Positions 25,319-37,500 of a stretch of 64,000 nucleotides of DNA are shown in pieces. A program made the translations under genes and the position numbers. The DNA is from Phoronis australis (lineage: Eukaryota; Animalia; Phoronida). The stretch lies in contig NMRA01000031.1 in assembly GCA_002633005.1 (NCBI GenBank), forward strand, positions 334,888 to 398,887, read 5' to 3'. The notes under the pieces were generated by a model that made no database searches, had not been told where the DNA came from, and saw only the letters and a program-made list of their open reading frames with translations. Positions within the stretch are counted from its first letter, which is position 1. Every line of letters begins with the position of its first letter.

Positions 25319-27761
25319 GTCAAGGGTCACACTTTCTATACAAGGGAAATGTGCCATGCCAAATAAGGAGACGTGACTTGTGAGAAAAAATTGACGAAGT
25401 GACGTGTAGCTAACAGATCGTTTTTTGAAATTTGAAACTAAAAGAAAAATGCTTTGACATCAACCTAAATTCAAAATCTTTACGCGCAAACCGCTATGTT
25501 GAATTCTTTTTCAGTGGCAGAGACTCGCTTTGCATAATGCAATTTAGTCTGTTTTTCGCGTTCCAGCCTCTTTAATGCCAACCATAATCCTATTTATATC
25601 TGATATAAATAAGATTAATGTCCACCAGTATTTATATCTGACATAAGTCCCTTTTATGTCTGGCGTTGGTCAGCCAATGAGAATCGTCGATTCATTCTCC
25701 ACGTATAAACACAAACATGGCGCGTCTTACGGACCATACCGTTTTCCTGCAAAATTTCAAGCGAGATGTGAACGAGTGTGTAAGAAGTTTATTCATTGAT
25801 TCATCCATGAATGTATCGTCGAAAAGTGTCTCGAAACCTTTCTCATGAGGAAAAAATTAGGAAAGCGCCAATGTTATAAACTACAAGAAAACTGAGGCCG
25901 AATCAAGTAAATATACATGTAAACAGCAAGCTCAGTTGTCCAGACTGTAGAGTGACACTGGTCCAGACTGTCTGTAGAGTGACACTGGTCTAGACAGGCT
26001 GTACAGTACGCACAATGGTAAAAATGCAGCAACAAGCAACTAAAGGACTTTTGAAAACACATAAAATGAATGTCGAAACTTAAATTAAATTTCATGAGCA
26101 AAAATGTTGCAAATGAAACTGGTGGGCGAATCACAGATATCATGAGGTCTAGCAACATTTTTTTAATTTTAGATATATGCGACCAACGCATGCGCACACA
26201 CGCACATAAAAGTACACCCCAAGGATTACCTGCAGCACAAACATGCCAAAAATTATTTCCGTGTCATTTTTATTATTTACTTTTCCACGAATCGTGTTCA
26301 GCAGCTCTTTGAAGTTGTTTTCAGAAAAAGAAGCCCAGAAATTTAACTTGGCTCTGTTGTATTACCCGGATCCAGAAGTCCCACCCGTTTCGGAGCACTT
26401 CCTTGTTCAACAAGAAATTCTTGCTGCAAATACAAGTATCATTCAGACGAATGCAAATTGGAAAAAAATGGTTGGTAATGAATTCTCTACAGTGCAAAAG
26501 CATTATGATTCTTGTCTCCGCTCTGGGACCGCGACAATCGTGATTTTGGGGAGAAAATGACCGGAGGAAGTAACAAGGCAAAAAGATATGGCTTTGTTGG
26601 ATTTCTTCATACTTGAGAAACCTCTTCGAATGTTCTTTCTGCAACTAATGCTCTATTCAGGTGTTTTGTAACGAAAGGAAACAGGGGTCTTTGTTGAACC
26701 AGACTAGAGATTGCGTCGAGATCAGCCACTCAAACTGTGCTCTTGTACCTATTATCGCCCTGTCGACGAAGTGTCGAGTGGCACAATGTATGTCACAACA
26801 AATGTCACTTTTATCTATAATACACTCTACATTTTGACACAAACCTCAGCATTCCATTAGTATTTCTGAAAACATGTGATATGGGCACTATACTTCAAAT
26901 AGTTTAGGCATATTTTAACACTATCTGGACACACCTAATAACAAAGAAAAATGTTTAGATTGGTTGTCTTTCAAGCTATTTCAAACGAATTTGTTGAATG
27001 TCGTAAGTTTCAGTAAAAGACTTTGACTGCGCCGACTATTTTTAGAAGTCAATCAGAGAATATCGGTCACTAATCACACGAGCGAATCATCGAAGTGTGT
27101 TTTGTATTGAGTTTTCAGAAAAAAGAGACAGGCAGACATCGCAAAGAAGTGAAGTCGTTGACAACTAACATGCTCAGAATGTGTTTACTGAAACGAACAC
27201 GCTAATTAAATGGACTGCACATCTTTTTTATAAAACATTTATTGCATCAACGTCGAAAGATGTATTAGTCGACGTCATTCACTTTGACTTTTTTCTGGGG
27301 CCCATAAATATCAAAGGCCGAGTGCCCGGTCGTAGCTCAGTCATGCAATCTTTTTCAGTTTTTATTGGCAAACAATTCAACGTGGTTTATAGAGATGGAC
27401 ATTCAACTTGAATGTGAACTACGATCACGTTTAGGTCCATATCAATGTTTGGCTCTAACAAAAATGCAGCGTCGAGGTCGCAATAACGTAGGCCTACCTA
27501 CGACAGTCTAAGCTCCAACCGCACTTACGACACTTGATAAAATGGGACTCGTGACACTGGCGTCATCTTTTTCCTGATCCCAAACATTTCATAATGGGCA
27601 TTGAGAACTTTTGACCGAATAATACCATTGGAGCCACTAACCCGCACCAATAATCTCAAACGTGCGTCAGTAGCCACAAAACTGACATAGTTCGTTTTAT
27701 ATATTAGGATTAGTGCAATGCAATGTTTCAAGTGTACGTTAGCAAGAGATGTTTGGCGCCA

Positions 27762-29505
27762 ACTACTGTGGCGCCCACTAGCGGCATTTTTTTGCGTCCA
27801 CTGCTGTTGAATTTTTCTAATTTATTTCTATGAACAGGACAACGACGACTTTTTGGATGTATCCGACTGCCGATGTGCTCACCACCAGTGGCCATTTATA
27901 ATTTGTTTGCGTTTTTTCCGTATCTTTGGAGGTCGTAGGTGGATTTTATGACATTTGGCAAATAGGTTTCTATCATAAAGACGATCACACCTTCCTGTTT
28001 TCGGTTGGATTTGACGTAATATATGTCACCTAGTAACCTTTTCATTATTTCCGAGTCTACCTCACTGTTGGTCAAACCATTGTAAAGGATCCGATTGTGA
28101 GAATTGGAATGTGTGTGTTCCTACTGGGAAAAACACGACTGACCTTGATTTTGGACAACTTTGACTACTGTGGCGCCCCCTAATGACATTTTTGTGTGAA
28201 CAACTGTTTCTCCTAAACGTCTTGTAAGTCTTTGTGAGCTTCGGCAAACCTGTATTTTTATGAACGCAACACGCATGACGACGTGTTTCGGACGTATCCG
28301 GCCACTGTTGTTACCCTAATGGCAATTACGTTGTTTACCTTTTTTCTGTTTCTTTGTAGGTCTATGACGGATTTTCACAACATTTGGCAAATTGGTTTCT
28401 ATTAAAGAGGCAACGACACCTTTTCATTTTGGATGGATTTGATGTGAAGCACGCTGTAGTGACTGGCCATTTTTTATTATTCTTGAGTCCGACTCTCTGT
28501 CGGCAAAATCGCTCTACGAATCATCATGATGATTTTTGGACGACTTCGACAACTATAGCGACCCCTAATGACATTTCTGGGTTAAAAGCAGTTGATCCTA
28601 AGCCTCTTACAGGTTCTTTGTGCAATTTGGCGAGCGTACTTCTATAAACGCGGTAGCGGATGACTATGGTGGGCCGTTGAGGGGGAAGTGTCGCCGTAAA
28701 ATTACCTTCGTAATTACGAGTGTAAATTAAATTGCAGGAGTGTCGCCGTACTATTATGCTCGTAAATTCAATGGGGAAATATCGCCGTAAATTACGCCCG
28801 TAAAATACCTTAAGGACATTCCAAATTTAAACCAATCAGTGCTAACCTAACATACACGAAAAACCAATATGGCTACGGATGGACATGGAGATGACTTTCT
28901 GTTGAATGTGCAGCGAATTGGTAATGGCATGCAGCAGCCATTTGATCCGCCATGATTCAGCACTCGTAGCGTAGATCACGTAACCTGTCAGTAAACAAGT
29001 ATTTACATGAGCGCGAGTTGTAAAACCAAACGTCATTGGCTAAGATTTTAAACTAAATTACGAGCGTAATTTTACGCCGTAAAGAATTAAATTACGCTCG
29101 TAATTTTACGGTGTACATAATTACACTTGTATTTTTCCAGCGACACTTTCCCCCCAACGACCCGTCATAGATGACGACGTATTTCGCACGTATCCGACCA
29201 CCGTTGTGGCAGTTGCATTTTTACGTTTTCCTCTGTATCTTCCGAGTTCCTTAGTGGATTTTCCTGAAGTTTGTGAAATATGTTACAATCAAAGGGACGA
29301 TAACACCTCCCCTTTTAAACTTTATCTTATTTTTCTACGCCACCTAGTGGAGTTTTTCGAGCCTGGTTTCACTGACATTTGCCAAGCGACTGAAAGAATC
29401 ATCATGAAAATTGAAATATGCGTTTTTCTGAGAAGTACATGTCTGGCAAACATTTCCGGACAAGTTTGGCTACAGCGGCGACCTGTAGTGACATTTTGTG
29501 TTTTT
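27762..29505. repeat. Diverged ~400-bp tandem repeat (3+ units) carrying CTCF-like motifs
   Basis: Unit starts at about 27762, 28165, 28551 and 29470. Shared blocks CTA(C/T)...GGCG.CC..TA.TGACATTT, GACGAC...GTATCCG, GGATTTT...ATTTGGCAAAT and GA..ACACCT. Confidence 0.75.
28664..29170. mobile_element. 507-bp MITE with CTATG...CATAG termini and 4-bp ATGA TSD
   Basis: CTATGGTGGGCCGTTGAGGGGGAAGTGTCGCCG vs rc CTATGACGGGTCGTTGGGGGAAAGTGTCGCTG; ATGA on both sides. Removing it restores ATGACGACGT...GTATCCG as in the neighbouring repeat unit. Internal (AATTACG) motifs. Confidence 0.9.
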
Positions 29506-30585
29506 GCCTGTGGCTCGGTATCGTCCAAGTTCCTTGATGGTTCTTCATGAAGTGTTTTATTGAGGAAAGTACGACTAACGTGAATCGTGGGACAACTCCA
29601 GCTGCTGCTGAGTCCCTGGCTTATTGCCGATATTTTTTTTTCTTTGGAGCTGGTGACGCTTGCTGATTTTGTCAAGGAGTTTCCTCACTTATTGAACTCG
29701 ATCGATGGTAGACGTCAGTGTCATTTCCCGGTGTCGTTGTACTTTACCCGTTCCCCATTTTCGGTGTCAGTTGCTCGACTTGCGTAGCGTGTTCACTATT
29801 TTGCTTGTATACCATGCGCTCTTCAGTGGAGTTTAGAAAAGTTGAAGAAGAGTTGAGAAAATAGGGTATTTCGTCGACACGAGTTAGATGAAGAATTCTA
29901 CACATTGTATTTGTTTATGCTCGTTGCATTCTAGTAAATTAAGGTCAGGTGGTACTCTTTTTAATGAATATTTATTAACCGTAGTCGTAAGACCATCTAC
30001 GTCCTCTCAATGTTTGTCCTGTCGATTGAAACAGGCGTGTTTGTCGAAAAATTCAAAATTTCGTGAAATCTTGTAAATTCTTGTCCAGTTTCAAAACCAG
30101 TAAAATGGTAAAAACAAGGATTCCGTAACTTATCCTGACCTCCTTCAATCCGGATTTCAAGTGACAGGTATTTTGTGAATTAGTTCCATTACAGGCCTAC
30201 TATTGGTGACCCAAGACAGGCGTCTTTATATGGAGTAATTATGGTGTTATCACGGAACAGTGCGCAAGGGACCCATTAACCTAGTTTTATTAATGCCTGA
30301 AAAAATCAAACCCATTCTCTGTTTGTAGCTCCATCACGTGACTCGGTGGCAGTAGAAGTGACGCTGGTCGTAAGTTGTTTTCACGGAGTGTTTAGAGGAC
30401 GCAGGATAGTGAGCACAATTCCGCTGGGGCTGCTGATTTTTTCACGAATGTGTTATCTGCCTAAGTCATGAATAGCAAATCTGTCAAGAAGAGTCATTTT
30501 GTCCACACTTAAAATCTATACATAATACATACAATGCGTCGTCTCGCTGCACTTCACTTGACGGACTGAAAATGGGCTGACCCGA

Positions 30586-30714
30586 TATAAATAGTCTCGT
30601 ACTCCGTTGATATAAGCAGATGACAAGATCTTGTGCGCTACGCGCTGTTTGACCTCCAGCTTCGCCTTCAACTGAAGCCCAGGTATTCTTTATTTACCCA
30701 AATTACAGGTAAGT
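30586..30714 (+). promoter_or_regulatory. Candidate TATA promoter and short non-coding first exon
   Basis: TATAAATA at 30586-30593 followed about 115 bp later by a perfect donor CAG|GTAAGT (30708/30709). Same strand as the GPCR, whose CDS is preceded by an acceptor. Confidence 0.4.
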
Positions 30715-33244
30715 GAGAATTTAAAACCACGGGCTGTTGTCTTACAACAGGAAATAGTGAACAACTTTAGAATGTCATCACCGCCTATTGTTGTTTTTCA
30801 GACCTGCTACAGTGGTTTACGTTTTCTGGTTTGAATTAGGAATTCACTGACAGTATATTTAGAATGAAGAAATGCCGAGAAGCATGATTTGATGTAACTG
30901 AAGAGTTGCACAAACTGCAACTGTTTCCAATTGTGATGACACGGTATAACTGCACATCTCCTAATATGGCGCAGTCGCCCAAGTCTCCGGTCGTCATAAA
31001 TCACTAATGCCCGGAAACGATAATGTTTTTATAAGTCGGATCACCGATTTGTTGTTGTCAAACACCGTGATCTGTAACATGAAATGAATTATGAACTATT
31101 GTGGTTACATCAAGTATTTTGCATATGCTTTTCAAACGTCAGTTAGCGAATAACAGCGCGGAATCTTAAAATTTATATCAGTGATGATTCAGATTCACAT
31201 TATTAATTGATACCAATTATAGATCAATTGTAAATTCGTGTCTGGTGCCAGCGCTAGACTCTATAAATGTTAATGGGAAGAAAAGTAAAAACAAATACGT
31301 ATAAAACTTGCCCAATATATACGCTTGTTGTGACAACCCCAACAATGGAAAGACGTTGATTTCGACAAAACTTGAGATTTGTTTACTGTTTCAATGATTT
31401 GTTTATAACTGTTTGTGACCTTATTTATGCCTCAAATGAGATTCGAGACAACAATAATAATTTTTTTTAGAATCATACCGTCGTTTTAAAGAGACATTAT
31501 CGGCGAGAAAAAATATGTTCTGAGATCAGCCTCATCGCGGAATCTAAAATGTATCTCACAGATCGTAGCCTATCGCATTGCTGGCGGAACTAAATCCCAC
31601 TCGATAAATGGCGCAATGTAGTTTTTAAAGTGCCTTAAACCGGTAAAGTCACCAATCTTGATTGCAGCAAAGGTCATACAACGGCCAGAATTGACGATTT
31701 GTTGTTAAATCAAAAAACACACACAGCGGATTATGTTGCTTTATAGCTCTCGTCGAAGCTAATAACTTCAAAATAGTCTATCCCGGCCAACTATAATCTC
31801 CAAAATACGTTTTTGGCTGTAAAATCGATGATGTCTCTGTAATAAGCATTTAGTGTTTGGACCCTCCGGTCACTCATGGATCGTCAATGTTATGATCAAG
31901 TCATGAAATTAAGTTCAGCCCATTGTCGAGCCCGTCGATGCTGAGTAATTACTAAGTTCCTAGCAGGATTTTTCATGATCTTAGGCCAAACAATAGCATA
32001 TTGGTTCTAGTCCGTGTACTAGTATTATCGTTGTCGTGTTGTTTTGTGTTGTACATTTAAAAATCACCTGATATGACATGAAATGGTGCGGAATTTGTTC
32101 TCAGCTTAAGCGGTCCATTGACGCGATTGAGTGTACTCCGGCGGACCGCAGGGAAAGGGGTATAAATTTCATTGTATGTCGCTGATGAGAAAATCGTTAG
32201 CCTCTCCCGGCAAAAATGACATCGTGTGCGCCGGTGTCAATAAGTTGCCAAGACATTTTTTTAGATACCTCGATAGATATGTTTGTATAGCTCGGTTAAG
32301 TGATGCGGGAGGGAATTTTCCGTCGAACACTGGGGCTCGTGTTTCAAAGTGAGTCGGTCGCAGAACAGAACTGATTGTGTTATTTCTGGCCTTGATTTCT
32401 GAATATTTTGCAATAAGTCAATCTAATTTAATCACTTTCATCTTGCTTTGATTTTCTAGGGTAAAATCGGATAATAAGTTTGAGATTGTTTAAGAATCAG
32501 GTTATGTAGAACCCTAGCAAAATGTAGAAACTTTTTGGACAATTTCGGAACGCCATATCTCAGAAATGGGTAAACAGATTCAAATGAAACTTTCAGGTAG
32601 TTTGATTTATGCACTGTTCTCCAAAATTGTATTAAAATAGTCAATTTATGCATAAGTAGATACAAAAAATGGGCTTTCATTTATTCACGATTTTTTATAA
32701 ATAACGCGTAAAACGAAAACCAAACCATACTTCTGAAAACTGAAATAGCGTTTTTGAGAGGTCACCTTAAAAGTTGTATCGAACAAAATTTAGTCATGTT
32801 GTTGATGTCGTTTTTTTGCGTTGAACATGCCTGTATTTTTTCCAAAGACATGCTCACGTGACCTTATCACTGGTAGGATGATGTAAAGTCAAAAATCAAA
32901 TTTTACTGGGTTAAATATTGTAGTTTTTTCTAGATGTCTGGCTGAATGCGCAGACTATAAACACTTAGAACACTTGAGTCGCAAAGAACACTGGTCAACA
33001 TAAGTACACCACTAGACAGAAATGGGGCTTTAGGACGTGGGATCATGGGTGTTACTACCAAATAAATGACCTTTGACCAAAAATGCTTATCTTTCGTCAC
33101 AGTTGCTTTAGCGTTAGAGCTAGTCCGGACTAGTTTGCGGTCGGAACATATCTTAAATCAGCGTTATAACTTACCGAACCAAATTGTCACCTTTCTCACT
33201 AAACTGGACTAACATTCCACCGTACGCCTAACTTTAAACACAAG

Positions 33245-34539
33245 CAGCGATTTCATAAAGGTGGTATAAAGTTAAACTTGGTTTAAACTGGACTTAGACC
33301 AGGCTTAAAGCTAATCAGAATTTCATAAAGGTGGCTTAACTTTTAGACCAGTGGTCTAGTAAAACCTGGTTTAACTCCAATTTATGACGTCAGGGAATGC
33401 CTAGGCAAAATCACAGTGTACGGCGTTACCAAATTACTACTAGTAACGAGTGCATTGATTCATTGATTTGTTAACGACGGCCCACAAAATAACACAACAC
33501 AATACAACATACCAAAAAGACATACATTCAGACAAATAAGATTACGGTAAAAGTAAAAAATGATTGATAATGACATCTAAGTCAGTTTTCATTTCAACAA
33601 CGAATCCTATATTCTTTAGATCTGTATTTAGATCTTAAACCAGGTTTAACTTTAGACTTGGTCAGACCTAAGTTTAACTGTTAAATATGACATACTTGCA
33701 TGATATAGGTGGAACTGAATGAGGCGGCAGTGTGCATTTACGACGCAGTTTTAGAGCGAAAATGGACTATTTTCAATGTTCAGACTTTTAAGGGGAGGGG
33801 GGTCGGTCAAGGACTTTTTAAAAGGAGGGACCAAGTCAACAATTTGAAAATTATAGATTTGATCTCACTAAAATCAAGCAAAAAGGGAGTCCGGACCCCT
33901 TGACCCCCTTGGATCCGCCTATGTGTAGACCAGTTCGTGCTGGATAGTCTCCTGCGGATTCTTCATAATACGACTGGTCGAGCAGGGCGTCATCGTCATA
34001 AGCGCTACTGGTTTGACTGAAGACAGCATTTTCTGATTCTTCTGAGTTCCACCTCCATTGGTCTCCGACATAATGTTGCCGGGAAGGGGTCTTGGCCCCT
34101 CCTTTGTCCGCGAAAAATAAACACTAAAATTTCACGGAAATATATTTGGACATTTATGATACTACGGCTAATCGTGAGCATGTACTTGAATGTGTGTATA
34201 CGTGTGTTGGTCACACACATTACATTTTTCCTCATGGGAAAAGCTTTTACACCTTTTTCGCAAATGTCTGCACTGATTCTACTAGTGTGTGCCATTGTAT
34301 AACGAGGTGATCAAGGTTTCATTGAAGTACTTCAATAGTTTCTTTGTTGGGTTAATACAGATCGACACAGCAGGGTGGCTTAGATACTTTAAACCTGGTT
34401 TTACTAAACCAGCTCCCTGATCTAACAAAACCAGGCTTTCAGACTTTTAAACCACGTTGGTGAAATGCAAATTGATGTAGGAAGACCAGGTTTAAGTCTT
34501 AAACCTGTTTTTGTTAAACCACCTTTATGAAATCGGCTG
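33245..34539. mobile_element. Non-autonomous PIF/Harbinger-like element, ~1.3 kb
   Basis: CAGCGATTTCATAAAGGTGGT vs rc CAGCCGATTTCATAAAGGTGGT; 3-bp AAG on both flanks; subterminal AAACC(T/A)GGTTT motifs at both ends. Confidence 0.8.
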
Positions 34540-37500
34540 AAGATGTCGCCACGCTGTACTGCAATGCAGATCCGACTACCTATTGCAACTGCTATTCTTA
34601 TTTTGTGACATGTTTAACTTTGAAATTGTACAATGAACAGTGAGTAGACAGAAATAGCAAAGGTCGAGAGTGTCCGAAATGGCGGGAAGAACCCAGGACG
34701 TCGAGCAAAATGGTCCGGACCAAACCTTTCGCATTGCAATTATGTATTCGGACCAACTTTGGTACGCTCGCTGGTCCGGTATTTTCGAGCGTAGTAACTT
34801 AAGTACCGTGCCAAACTGAGACCGGTCTAAACCACGTTTCGCACTGGGTCTAAAATACTTGCGGTCGAGAAATAATGTTAGCAAACCATGCTAAACCTAC
34901 TGTCAAACCTTAAATATATCCATGAGAATTAATGATCTTATCTACCTAAATGTTCCAAATGCCTTTTTCAATGTTACTTAGTACGTGACATTGTCTGTTT
35001 CTAAAAAGCCACACCAAGAAATGACGTTGGTTTCACTTCAAACAGAACTTTTAAATTAATTCAAAACGAAAAATTCCGCTGACATCAAGAGCCTCTGACG
35101 TATTTGATGTAATAAGTATTAAGCAGGTGATTGTTTTGATGAACTCGGTGTTAAGAAGACACCGCTGAGACAAAACTGACGTTACAAGCCATGTTGCCTT
35201 TCATTTTATCGCTGCACCTGTGAAATTTGTTTCTTGTCATAATCTTTGGTTTGATTGTTGGCACGAAAAAACATTGTTCACCGTGACGCATTGTGGTGAG
35301 TTCTGCGCTCACAGTATTTTTTTCTTTTTGGAGTAGTCTGGTGCACTCGGGAACAACCAAAGCGTACAATCACACGTCGTGACTTCATGACAACCTGAAG
35401 CACATAACAAGTTGGGGCGCGGGTTGGGCCCGTTTTATAAGAGTTGAGTCGCTATTAGTACAGTTTCATTATAGGCCAGCCATTAATGTCTAAGGCGGTG
35501 CAGACGAAGAACTGCGCGCTCAGCCAGCTGTAGCTGTCTAACTCAGTGAAGAGCGAGAAAGCTGACTGCGTTGTTCGATGCTGGTTGTCCGCAAACAACT
35601 AAGGAAAGCGGTCACTTCATTCAACCGTTGTCCTGATTAACACCTTCGTGGGGAGTGGCACTCACCAACTGAGCGCGTAGCCGCAACTCTTCGTTGCGCT
35701 GCGAGCCCAAAGTTTTATTCGACGAAACAAAACAATACAAGCAAAACACAAACAAAGTCAAATATTTGTATATGCCCCATTTGTCCTCATAATTAATTTC
35801 TTTCAACTGATCCGTTTTGATGCTGTGAAATCGCGCGGATAGGCTCTGACATAAACCGGTCACGCGGAATTCATTAGCTTTCTCCAACACAGAACTAACT
35901 GTCTTGAAAACTGAAGTAACCTTGTTTACGTCAGAGCCTATCCGCACTTTTCTTCTGCTTAAAAACAAATAACTGAAAATCTCTTTTACGTTCACGTGAA
36001 CTAAGTTTGCACCACCTGGAGTGATACAAACATCTGTTCAACCTGTTAATTTGAAATAACCGTCAAACAGAAAATATATTCAACCTGCCTACCCGAGGTT
36101 TCTGTAACGTTATTAAAAATTTGACACCATGGAAGTTCACAAACCTGGCCAGAGACGCACTGACAATCGGCTTTACGTTTCAAATTCTAAAACTTTCATT
36201 TCAAAAATGGTGACTATTTCTAATGATGATCTTTACCTGCCTTCATCTAGGCACACTTTTGTCATCCAAGTTTCAGGAATTTGCATTGCTTGACGTCTAC
36301 ATAGCAAACTGGCGAAGCCCACAATCTCGTCAGAGCACAGCCATTTGCAATTCATTCTTCTTTTGTATTCTCCAGAAGTAAGTGCATGTAGTTAAACGTT
36401 TTCAAGGAATCACGCTGCAACAATATGTGTTTCCAAAATTCATCACATTCATTTATTGACATGTTGAATTACAGTAATTTGAGCAATTTCAAAAGGAATT
36501 CAATGTGAGCCATTTTACAATCGCCGCGTAAGCGATCCTCATCCATTTCAGTGCTTTTGATGTTATCAGTTACAATACATATTACATATTTAACCCACAT
36601 TTCTTCGCCGACTCTTTCCCCGTGCAAGAACGTGTCTTGACACCGAACAATAACCGGTTCAAATGCCTGACTGTGCATATCACAAATTGGGATATATATA
36701 ATAAAACAATGGTACAAAGACTGCACGTTTTATAACATATTTATGTTATCTGCCATCGATAATTCTTTAGAGAAGCGGATTTACGCAGATAGTTCAGAGG
36801 GTTTTTGGTGCTGTTTATCATCAAAAATTGCTCTAAAACTCTGGTGTACTTTGGATTCACATTGCCAGTTCCAAAAACATTGTGTCTAGTTTGTTTTCTA
36901 GTGTGATTTGAGAGTTTTATCTTATATCGAAAACTTAATATAAATAATTTTCGTCAGTTTTAGTATGACGTTATCTCATATGAATGTATAAATACAAGCT
37001 GTAACGGAATTCCCGCACCAACCTTAATTGTGTTTTTGGAATAAATTGAACTATTTAGGCGACTGGCCGTCAAACTTTGATGCTCTTCAGATAGTCAGTA
37101 GCGTCTTGGTAATCGCTTTTATAGCATTTTCCCTTCATTTAATTCAAAATACGTCTAAATCTTCGAGTTTGTTAACTTCAAAAAATCCATAAACACCTTG
37201 TTAGCTCTGATTGGCTTATGTTTCTCAATTGCACAGGAACTGAAATCATACTATGTTCAAAGGTTTAGATGTGTGTCAGCTTGGAATTTTATGAAAACTC
37301 AAGCAATTTCGAACTGAAGTAGGCTAAAGTTTGATAGCTTTCAAACGTGAACAAGGTCAGATAGAACATGTTGTTTTTAACGGATACTGAATTCACACAA
37401 TATGACCGCTTGGTAGTCATGAGAATTCCACGTTTAATCCGATTTTTCTAGTTCACACACGACGAATCAACCCAATAGGCATTCTCAGAACACGACCTTC

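Larger units (their letters stand above)
19716..25571 (+). mobile_element. Kolobok-like TTAA-flanked element with THAP remnant, hosting the Academ insertion
   Basis: TTAA at 19712-19715 and 25572-25575. Ends AAAGCTACGGAACGCAAAAA / rc AGAGGCTGGAACGCGAAAAA. Both ends match the short element at 56333-56604. THAP remnant at 23446-23600. Confidence 0.65.

Noticed and set aside
26243-26842. 105-aa ORF and neighbouring frames as a gene
   Set aside because: No recognisable motif, no convincing splice sites, and stops in the continuing frames.
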